Assembly (NCBI GenBank): GCA_002269645.1
Contig: NIVC01002962.1
Coordinates: forward strand, 1 to 64,000
Length of the DNA stretch: 64,000 bases
Direction of reading: 5' to 3'
Source: Macrostomum lignano
Taxonomy: Eukaryota
Shown here piece after piece: positions 11,981 through 22,231 of the stretch (positions within the stretch are counted from its first letter, which is position 1; each line of letters begins with the position of its first letter). The notes beneath the pieces were generated by a model, which ran no database searches, was not told the origin of the DNA, and worked only from the letters and a program-made list of their open reading frames with translations. Both the position numbers and the translations under genes were made by a program.

Positions 11981-14900
11981 ATGGATATCACCGGGTTTTT
12001 TGACCCCGTCAAGCATGGACTGAAGTCTGACTTCCGACTTACCAAGTTGTCAGATCTAAAAGGATGAGGGTGTAAAGTTCCTCAGGCAGTGTTGCACACA
12101 CTGCTAGAGGAACTAAAGAATGAGCCCGTTTCTTCTAATAAAAATGCTGAAGGTACTGTAGATTCAACTAATCATAATGGTTCTTTTAATTCTTCAAATA
12201 AACCAATAATTGGTAAGCAACTTATGTTATGCCTACATATAAAATTAAACTTAAGAAAATAATTTATTGTTCTTTTGTTCATCATTGTCATTGACCTAAG
12301 GTTCTACATATAGACATCAGACAGGATCCCAATCCCAAAATCTCAGGATCCTGAGGAAAATTGGATTCCCACAGGACTAGGATCCCAACCCTAAAAAACT
12401 TAAGAATTGGGAATAGGTCTTTTATAGTTTTGATTAAAAATTTATAGAATTAGTGATTACTTGAATGTATTTTGTTTTAACTTGCACTCATTACATTATT
12501 ACTTTGTTGGTTATAAAACTTTGCATCCATTTTGTTATGTTTTACTTTTTGATTTTGACATTTTTGCTCAATTTTGTTTAATTTTATATGGACCAATAGT
12601 CAGGAAGGTAGCATAGTGTGTGCCAGAATAATTTTTGGGAGAGGGTCTATGCACCTTTTGAATGTGGTTTGTATGCTGTTTATGTGCTCTCTATGCATTG
12701 CTTCTAGTTCTATTCTACATGATAATAAATTATAATTAATGAAAATGTTGATAAATATATTTTTAATAAATTATAATAACTAAAAACATTGCTCTGAAAC
12801 ATTTAAAAAAAGGAATAAAGTGAGCATTTTTTGTTTTAAACTATAACTTAATTCTCTAAAAAGAATTACTTAGAAAAGTTTTTTTATCAAGATGGCCACA
12901 GCTTTTAATGGCTAAATCAATAATGATAAACCTAGGTCTTTATATTTTATTTATTTCTTATTAATAGTAGTTTATGTTAGGTTTAGGTCTTCAAGTCTTA
13001 AGGAGATAGATACTGTAATAGAACTATATTACATAATAATAATTTCTTTTAGCTTCAACTTTTATTGTAACCTGACCTATGGATATTTATCCACTAAATA
13101 AAGCAAGTACATAGCCTAGTACAAAATGAAAACCTTATTATATGTCTATCTTATTTTTGCATAGCATTACCACTAGCAATGGTATCTTGATAAACTAATA
13201 AATGTAACAATAGAGAATAAATTGGTACAAACATAGAAAAAGATTAAAGTTTTTGTATTATAGATAATTAGTTTCAAATCTATTATTGTTCCAGTATTTA
13301 TGAATATGATTGATTAAAGATGTATAATAATTAATATAATAATAGCTATTAAGTTTCTAAATTAATGGTAAAGAGTAAGTAGATATAATAGAGATTCAAT
13401 ATTGTGGCTATCTTGGTCTTACATCTTATGTCCTAGCTATATTATTATTACTATAGTGCATTTGTAGTGCATTACTATAGTGCTCTTACATAGTAGTACA
13501 ACTATAAATTTGTTTGAGGGGTGGATTCTAGAGGGTAAAGAGTTGGGAGAAGGGGATAAAGGAATGGCTTTATTTTTGGTGAAAATTCACTTGAAAATTT
13601 ACAAATTCACCCCTTTGATTTTTTAGACATTCATCTAAAGAGTGCAAAAATTGCATAGATAGGAATAGGTCTATATATTTTTCCTATCCCACCATAGGCA
13701 TCACCAGTGTTATTTCTATTGCACTATTGGCTCTGCCTCTAATTGAGATAAGATATTTAGAACATTTGGATAATAGTTTTAAATATTTCATTGTGCCAGT
13801 GTTTTTAAAATTATAGTAACATTCTTTTTCAATAAAATAGCCATTTTGGTAATAACCACTTCGGTAAAAAATCATGACTAATTTGGTAACAGCTGCTTTT
13901 GGTAACAAATGCAATAAATGAATAATTAGGTTGGACAATATTGAATTTTCAAGATTTTTGAGATTTGATTTTTTCAACTAAACAATATAAGATTTGATCA
14001 AGTTTTTAAGATACTTAATTCAGATAAAACAAAGCTAAAGACTGAAAAAAACTGTTTTATTGGTACAAATTTTATATACTCAAAATAAGTATAAACTTCA
14101 TGCACTTTTGTTAAAAATCACAACCTTTAATTTGTAAAAAGCATAGAAATTTTAGGTGCATTATTTTTCCAAACATGGCTAAATCCTAAATGCCTTAATA
14201 TAGGTAACACTGATGACAATGAGTTAATTTTTTGGCAATAATTTGATTCATGTAGAATTTAATGCATTTATATTGATGTCTAGGTAATCTATGCTATCCA
14301 TTCAAAAGATTAGTATTCAACCTTGGGCTCTTTGTTTTCCTTTATAAGAATTCTTTATATATAAATTATTTATTATTTAATCTAAAGTTAGACTCACTAC
14401 AAAACTTTGTATATAGAGATTCAGATAAAGGTTAAAGTAGAGTTAAGGCTGAAAGTTATGAGAGATATACAACAAACAAAATGAAATAAATTTGTCTTAA
14501 GTAAGATTTTAGGCGCATGACCAAGACCGCCACATACCAAGACTACCACATACCAAGACCGCCACAGCTCTTACTGACTATTGGAATTGAGGGGAAGTTA
14601 CCAATCTTCTAGCATTGCTATTGGTTATGATGGGTTGTGGAGTTAGATGAGGAGGAAGTGACCCAAGATTGGTCACTAATAAGATGAATAAGTGGCCCAA
14701 AATGATTTCAAGTCAACCAGGGCAATTTTAACAATTCAAATTAAATGAAAAAAACAAGGAGCCTGGCTCACTCACCTACCTGGCCAGGCTGGCCTGCTCA
14801 CCAGTTCCTCTCTCGTGGCTTTGTCTTGCTGGCTCTCCCCATCTCACCCTTCATCAGCACTATCCAATAACATGGCAAGCCAAATTCCTCCCTCCTAGCT

Positions 14901-17900
14901 CTCCCAAGTGTGGCGGTCTTGGTCCTACACCAGATTTTATGCATTTGAATTTTTCTCTTTTCTCTTTTCTCTTTTTCTCCTTTCTTATCTTATCTTATCT
15001 ATCATCTCATCTCTTTCCTTTGTTATCTTTTATCCTTTCTTATATCTTCTTTATCCTCTTTTTTACCCTTTGATTCTTTAGTTGTAGGTGGTTCTAGGCA
15101 TCAAGATGCAATAAGGTATAGCTGTCTATTCTGCTAACCTCTTAAGTCTTCTCTCTATTTTCTATTCTCTTGTTTTTTCTTCTCTAGTCTATCATTTTGC
15201 TTCTCTTCTCTTCTTTTTTTCTAGACTATCATTTTTTCTTTCCTTTTTTTCCTCTCTTCTCTTTTCTCTTTACTCTCTCATTTCCTCTCTTTAGTCTTAT
15301 CTCTTCTCTTTTTTTAACATAAAGAAATAATTATATGTTACTCTTATAAGGTAGTAGCTTTGATCAGATGTTTATCATATACTCATATAAGCTATTAAGG
15401 CTAAGTGCTAACTAATTAATTGTAGTGAGTTATCTATAAGCAGGATTGTAATTATGGCTACCAACCAATAAAGAGAAAAAGAGAGATTAGAGATTTGAAA
15501 CAGAGATAAAAGAGGAAATAAGTTTTAAAGAATTTGAAGGTCATAGATAAAGGCAAAGGCCAGAGTTTGCCAATGTATGTTTTAGACAAAATTTGCAAAT
15601 TCTGATTAGTACCCCAGCCTATGTTATCATTTGTCTCAATATTATTTTAGCACAAATTTGCTCCATTTCTTACTCAATTTTTGTTTAGTATGACCATGAA
15701 TGTGCAAAAATAGTTCTAGAGTTTTTTTTCAGCAGATCCTATGCCTGGCTACATGTATGTAAATAAACTTGATACATATCTGAACTTGTAATGCATTTTC
15801 CTGCTTGTGACAGTGTCCTTTTAAGTAAATTGAGTGCATTAAATTTAATTAGACTTTGAATGTAAATGCTAGTATATCATAGCTTGGCTGGACACTGACA
15901 GGTAACTGTTACTTTTCAATTATATCATGTTAATTAATTAATTAATTTTTAGGAATTGGCTTGGACTCGTGTGTTATACCTCTTCGACATGGCGGACTGC
16001 ATCTGATTCAAACTACGGACTTTTTCTATCCTCTAATTGATGATCCATACACTATGGTAAATGCTTAGCTTATCTCTTACTTGTTTTAAGTCTGTGTGTG
16101 CATTTGTTTGAAGATTCATTTTTTCTGTCAAATACTAAAATATAAAACCAGAATGCTAGCTAGTCAAAAATTTACTCTGACCAGGGCTGGGCGAGTATTG
16201 GTTCTGTGACTGGCCGAGTACTTTGTGTGTGGCTTCTTTTTGAAAGTTGATTAGCTGCCTTTTCTGGGAAAGAAAATCGTTAATATTCCAATCTGGGGGA
16301 TGCTTGTGTGCTAGGCCTCTTGGCTCTGTCTTATAAAGTCCTAATTCTGAGCCTCTGCCTAGTCCTTATGCTGCCACCAAAGTTGTCAAAGGGCTAAACT
16401 CCTGCTTTATAAATGTTGGTAGCTGCCACCAGGATTATCCTATTAATAAATTATGAGTTTATCAATCTTAGAATAATCCGAGAAACGTTTCTTAGAATTG
16501 ATCTGAGTATATATCTTAGTATTTAGTCTGAGTATTTAGTCTGAGTATTATTCTTGGAAACTATTAGCCCTTAAAGATTTTATTCCTCTGTTATTCTGGT
16601 AGCGTTTATTCGGATTCCGGTAGCGTTTGCTGTACTTTTGGCCTGAGTGGTCTATTGGCTATACTGGTATATGTATTCCATGTACTTTGCAAGTCCTTGG
16701 GCGTTACCGAGATCAGAGGGTCACAGCCTCCGGTTATTCTTACACGTATCACTTCAGATCTACTTCGTATTCTCTTACTACTCAATACTGCTGCTTCTCA
16801 ATAGTATGTACTGTATACGCTTCAGTCTATTTCACTCTTACTTCTTAAAAGGAATTAACACAGAAAACACTTCTTCAAATTCTTATTTTCTCGGAACTCT
16901 TACTATTCGCTATCAATCACTTATTGCGGAACCGCGATGCGCAAGGTAGAAGGTTAGTTCCTCTTTCGCCGGAATCGCTTTTATTTATACTAAAATTTCC
17001 TATAGTTTTAAACAAAAATTCGTTAGCGCAAAATATTATAGAAAATAAGAGTATTAAAACAAAATATCTTTCTTAGTTTTGGCGTGAATTCAAATAGACT
17101 AAACGGTGACTATTTTATAAAGAAATCGGGAGGGGCCTGCACACTTGCTATCTGCGGGATGCTTGCTGTCTTGGGGATATGTTTTCTATTTAGGTAGAGT
17201 GTCTGTTATCTTTGTGAAGGCTTTATTTTGTTGTCTTTTTGTTACTTTTAGAAAACAGACATTCATAGCAAACAATTTTACCATGATAATTTTACTCGAA
17301 TAAAGTGATTTATAAAACTGAAGAAGGAATTGGTTCTTAAGAAAATGTGCTTCCTAATGGATTTGCATAAATAATTTTTGCTCCTTTCTTATTGGTCGCC
17401 TCGAAGAGGGGCACTAAATTGCTAGTTACTTTTCTAATAATCATCAAAACTTGATTCTAAACGAGTACTGAGTGCCAAATACCCAATACCCAGTACAATA
17501 CCTAGGGCCGTTTCTGACTCTGAGAAGTTGCAGAAGTCTTCTCCAGACTCTATGTTTTTAGGCATTGACAGAGAGAAAATTGATAAAAGCCTTTAAATCT
17601 TAAGAATCACAATAAAATGAAATATAAATTAATAATAATATCAAACGAATCGAATGGTATCCAAATTTAAAAACTTACACTAGTGCCGAAGTTGATGTGT
17701 CATGACATACGCTGTTTCACAACAAAACCTATCATCAGAGAACAATTTTAATAACAAACTCTAAAATAAGACAATAACAACATATACAGGGTCGCATCAC
17801 ATGTGCCAATGTTCTAAGCGACCTATACGCTATGGGAGTGACCGAATGCGACAACATGCTAATGCTGCTTGGCGTTAGCAACAAACTGTCTACGGACGAG

Positions 17901-20404
17901 AAGGAGATTGTTGTTAAATTAATTATGCAAGGATTTCGCGACTGCGCACTGGAAGCTGGTACATCGATTCAAGGCGGTCAGACTGTTGTGAATCCTTGGA
18001 TGGTGATTGGCGGTGTGGCTACGTCTGTTTGTCTGCCTAGCGAGTACTGCCAGCCTGATGGCGCCGTGCCTGGCGATGTGTTAGTTCTTACTAAAGCTCT
18101 GGGGACGCAGGTATGTGAATAATTTGCATTGTATTAATTGTACATGTAGTTTGCTAGCTTCTGCAGCTAATGTCAATAGAAGTTGCTTTAATCTTAAGGA
18201 TGGTAGCGATTCATTCTTGTGACCCTGTTTCACTCCATGAGTCTCTTCAGGTGTACTGTCGCTCTTCCGTAGTCTCTACAGGTGTAGTGTCACTCTCTTC
18301 CTTAGACTCTTTAGGTGTACTGTCACCTGGGTTTTTTTGTGCGAATGGGTGCGAATAGCATCCTGGTCTTAAAAATTGCACCCTGAAATTTGACTCAGGG
18401 TGCGAAAAGCGCACCCAAATTTTTGCAAGGATGTGATGCGGGTTTTACAATTTAGTGTTTTACTGTTATGGACATCTTAAGTCCGTAACTTCGTATTCTT
18501 AGAATTAGCCAGTAATTTTTTGAATCTTTAATTAATGTAAAGCAATTAAGTTAAGCATTTGGAATTTGGAATTTGGATCATCATTGGATGGTTTGGATGG
18601 ACAAAAACTTTGAAACACTATTAGTATTAGACCAGTTTTTGTCTGCAGCAGTGCAGCGCATCCTGGTCTTGAAAATCGCACCCTGAAATCTAGCACAGGG
18701 TGCGAAATCGCACCCAAGTTATGGACGAAAAAAAAACCAGACTGTCACTCTCTTCCTTAGACTCTTCAGGTGTACTGTCACTCTCTTCCTTAGTCTCTTT
18801 AGGTGTACTGTCACTCTCTTCCTTAGTCTCTTTAGGTGTACTGTCACTCTCTTCCTTAGTCTCTTTAGGTGTACTGTCACTCTCTTCCTTAGACTCTTCA
18901 GGTGTACTGTCACTCTCTTCCTTAGACTCTTCAGGTGTACTGTCACTCTCTTTCTTAGTCTCTTTAGGTGTACTGTCACTCTCTTCCTTAGTTTCCTTAG
19001 GTGTACTGTCACTCTCTTCCTTAGTCTCTTTAGGTGTACTGTCACTCTCTTCCTTAGTTTCCTTAGGTGTACTGTCACTCTTCCTTAGTCTCAACAGGTG
19101 TACTGTCACTCTTTTTCTTAGTCTCCACAGGTGTACTGTCACTCTTTTCTTTAGTCTCTATATTAGCTACCTCTCCTACATTCCTAGGTACCTTAATATT
19201 GGCTGCACTCACTTCCTCTTCTCATGCTGAATCTGCTAAAAATGTTTGAAACACTTCCAAAATACAGGTAGCAGTGAATGTACACCAGTGGCTAATTGAA
19301 CAGTCGGATCGTTGGCGTCAGGTATCAACGGTGCTCACTGAGCAGCAAGCACGTCAGGCTTATCAGTCAGCAACCAGACAGATGGCTCGCCTTAATCGCA
19401 CCGCGGCCCGTCTGATGCGGCAGTACAATGCTCACGCGTGCACCGACGTGACCGGCTTCGGACTGTTAGGGCACGCCAACAATTTGGCAGCTTGCCAGAA
19501 AGCCGACGTGTCTATGGTGGTGCATAATCTGCCAATCATTGCCGGTATGGCGGCTGCTAGCGCTCATCTGGGCGGTGCTTTCGGTTTGTTGCGAGGCACT
19601 TCGGCTGAGACTTCCGGCGGATTGTTAGTTGCTATGTCTAGAACTGATGCGGCAGAGTATTGCAAGGTGAGGATCATTTCTTTATGTATTGTATTTATTT
19701 AGCATTTTAATTGTAAATTGATTACACCTGCCCCAATCGCAGCTATTGCGCAGCGCATCTGAAAGCTGCGTACGGCTGTTCAGTCCACGGACTGGGGGTC
19801 GGCACACACCCTCAGTTACCCCAGCTAAATGCTGGCACCCATTTTACAACTGGATGAACTGAAGCAATACAGAGTTAAGTGTCTTGCTTAAGGACACAAA
19901 TTGCTCCGATTGTGGGATCGGGAATCGAACCCTCGACCTTCAAGTTGCGAGTCAAATCAAATCAAATCAAAATTAGTATATCGATAGATTTTGCACTGTT
20001 TGTCTGCCTGTGTAATTCATTTTTTCAAGAATCATCTGGCGAAGAAATAATAGCCGATATGTATCGTTTGTCGATCTGCTTGGAACAATTTGTGTCCTTG
20101 AGCCAGACACTTAACTCTGCATTGCTTCAATTCACCCAGCTGTAAAATAGGTGCCAGCCATTTAGGTGTCTATGGCGACCCCTCCAGTCGTTGGACTGAA
20201 CAGTTACTATGTTCTATCCTATTAATAAAATCTAAAAGATAATCATTTCCAAATTCTATTTCAAAGGCTCTCGAAGCCACGTCAAGCTCTGACGGCGGCG
20301 GTGCAGCATGGATTGTTGGTGTTGTTGAAGCTGGCAGTCGGTCAGCTGTCATTGCTGACAAGCCGCGTATTATTGAAGTCAATGCCGCTGGTAATACCGA
20401 GTAA
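11981..20404 (+). CDS. SEPHS2: selenophosphate synthetase (SelD/SPS), about 397 aa, in-frame TGA at codon 29 (SPS2-type); exons 11981-12212, 15953-16056, 17790-18110, 19268-19666, 20267-20404
   Basis: The joined exons give [34 protein letters not shown]...[51 protein letters not shown]...GGQTVVNPW...GTQVAVN...[12 protein letters not shown]...[11 protein letters not shown]...[10 protein letters not shown]. All introns are GT-AG and phase-consistent; TGA at 12065-12067. Confidence 0.95.
14512..14931. mobile_element. MITE with 8-bp TSD AGATTTTA (MULE- or hAT-like) in SPS intron 1
   Basis: GGCGCATGACCAAGACCGCCACA versus TGTGGCGGTCTTGGTCCTACACC as inverted ends; AGATTTTA at 14504-14511 and 14932-14939. 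Confidence 0.7.
18225..19150. repeat. 33-bp minisatellite (GTGTACTGTCACTCTCTTCCTTAGTCTCTTTAG) in SPS intron 3, interrupted by a MITE
   Basis: Tandem copies are visible; they produce the 11-aa repeat ORFs 18690..19230. Confidence 0.95.
18327..18740. mobile_element. 414-bp non-autonomous DNA element with 8-bp TSD ACTGTCAC, inserted in the minisatellite
   Basis: Ends CTGGGTTTTTTT and AAAAAAAAACCAG; ACTGTCAC at 18319-18326 and 18741-18748; internal direct repeat gcatcctggtctt..gcaccctgaaat..cagggtgcgaa. Confidence 0.7.
19726..19945 (-). mobile_element. tRNA-derived SINE-like element
   Basis: The minus strand has a B-box-like GGTTCGATTCC followed by TTGTGTCCTTAAGCAAGACACTTAACTCT; related copies at 20080-20215 and about 25490-25660. 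Confidence 0.7.
20080..20215 (+). mobile_element. partial SINE-like element, same family as 19726-19945
   Basis: tttgtgtccttgagccagacacttaactctgcattgcttcaattcacccagctgtaaaataggtgccagc is the reverse complement of the core of the upstream copy. Confidence 0.7.
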
Positions 20405-21334
20405 AATTTATTTTCAATAGTTGAGGCAGTAGAATCAGTCCGTTGTTTTTGTGTGCAGTCCTCAAAGTTGACTATCTGTGCTGAATTTTAACAAAAGCCT
20501 TTGCATCCTTGAATTGCTTTATGGCAATCGGTTCTTAAGAGCAGACTATTGAATTTTTTCTTAGAAAGAGGAGTCCAAGCCTATTCCAAGTTGTTTTTGC
20601 CAATTTTACCCGACTTATTCATTGCTGTCATGTTTTGATTATCAATCCATTTGTCTGATGATTTTTTCTGGTACTCTTTCAGATCGATAAACACAGGAAC
20701 GTTTTTTCATTAGAAATTCAAATATAGAAAATTACGCAAATAAATCAGTGGTTTAAATCTGACACTTAATAAGCGTACTTTAAGATTTTGAAGCTCGAAA
20801 GTTTACTAGCTCGAAACTTCATTAAGCTCAATTTTTGACAATTTCAACGACAAACCTGATTGCATACCATTTCAACCTACTATTTTTATATTAGCACAAT
20901 TGATTTAGCTTCGCGGCCTTCAAATTATGCTGTAAGTCCGGTGAATGGTGCTTAAGGTGATCAATGTTTTTGGGCTGAAAGCTTACAAACAGGCTGAAAT
21001 GGTATGCAATTAGTTTTGTGTGAGGCAGATTTCAGTGCAATACCTTTCTACCTCGTCGATAGTTTTCAACAATACAGATGACTTTCAAGATGTGACTGCA
21101 AAATCGTAAAATCAAAGTTTGCCCTTGTGAAAACGTTTCTGTGTTTGGTTAAGAAGGCTACTAGTTTTGTCCTAATTGTTAATGTCATTTATGATTTCCT
21201 GTAGCTAACAACACACGATATTAATTCAAGTCAGTAAAATTGTTGTTTCATTTCAAGAATTCGGGAATTCAATCGTAGCAAAATGGTACGCTCTTTTTAT
21301 AGGTCTATGCATTGCGATTCGGACAGTAATAAAC

Positions 21335-21390
21335 ATGACGATACAGTTTGAAAATCAGTTCGTTGTTAAAACTGACCGACTGTGTCCGAA
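21335..21390 (+). promoter_or_regulatory. candidate type II SECIS element in the SPS 3' UTR
   Basis: AUGAC core; 11-bp helix II GAUACAGUUUG/CCGACUGUGUC with 10 of 11 pairs (two G-U); unpaired AAAA; apical helix UCAGUU/AACUGA; 3' CGAA. Helix I is weak. Confidence 0.7.
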
Positions 21391-21619
21391 TAGAAGATGG
21401 AGGAATGCCTCCCTTATCCGATCGCATTGCTTTGACTGGGGCTGTGTGATTTTAAAAACAAGTTGCTGTGGTTCTTTGTTTTTTTTCAAATCTAGCTTGT
21501 AGAAGTTGTAAAGCTTTTTCTTGAAGTTAAGTTCAATTTATATTTATTTAGCCAACAGCTATGAAGTTTTAAAGAAATACTGGAAAATATTGTTTAGTGA
21601 CTAATTACTAAATGAGAAT

Positions 21620-21960
21620 CAGAAGTGACTGTATGTGACTGTATGATGAGGATTAGAAGTTTCTCTATGATGAGGATCATAAGCGACTCTTTAGTGAGGA
21701 TCAAGAGTGACTTTAGGGAGGAATAATATTGACTTTTTAGTGAGGATCAAAAGTGACTCTTTAGTGAGGATCAGGATTGACTCTATGGTGAGGATGAGGA
21801 GTGACTCTGGTGAGGATCAGGAGTGACTCTACGGTGGGGATCAGGAGTAACTATGGTGAAGATCGTGAGTGACCCTACGGTGGGACTCAGGAGGGACTCT
21901 AATGAGGAATAGGTTAACTCTTATGAGGATCAGGAGTGACTCTCCAATAAGGATTATGAG
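21620..21960. repeat. degenerate tandem repeat, unit about 24 bp (GACTCTATGGTGAGGATCAGGAGT-like)
   Basis: Repeated gtgaggatca/gtgactct motifs. Confidence 0.8.
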
Positions 21961-22231
21961 TAAATACTTAAGTTAAAATTTCAAATGTGCTCTTTTAGGT
22001 GAAAAATTATTAATCAATAAAGCATTTGTTTACGTGCATTGCTTCTACTTAGCTAGGCATATATACAAGCTAATTAAAACCTCACGTATTGAATCTGCTA
22101 GTAAACTGAGCTAACTAGCACAGTAGCGAAGATTTGCTTGATATCTTTGTATTTTCGTTCCAGAGCTCATAAGTCAATCGATATTCTGTCAATCTTTGAA
22201 TAAAACATCAAGTAAGATAAAAAACGTAAAA

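Noticed and set aside
12065-12067. TGA as a nonsense mutation making SPS a pseudogene
   Set aside because: It falls exactly at the canonical Sec position, all other exons are intact, and a SECIS candidate exists.
13684-13977. 97-aa minus-strand ORF in SPS intron 1
   Set aside because: AT-rich with no recognisable motif; it may be transposase debris but I cannot support that.
16180-17520. Possible hAT-like or LTR-like element in SPS intron 2 (CAGGGCTGGGCGAGTA...)
   Set aside because: I could not establish a matching terminus or TSD.
18690-19249. ORFs with [22 protein letters not shown] and [11 protein letters not shown] repeats
   Set aside because: The 33-bp minisatellite inside SPS intron 3.
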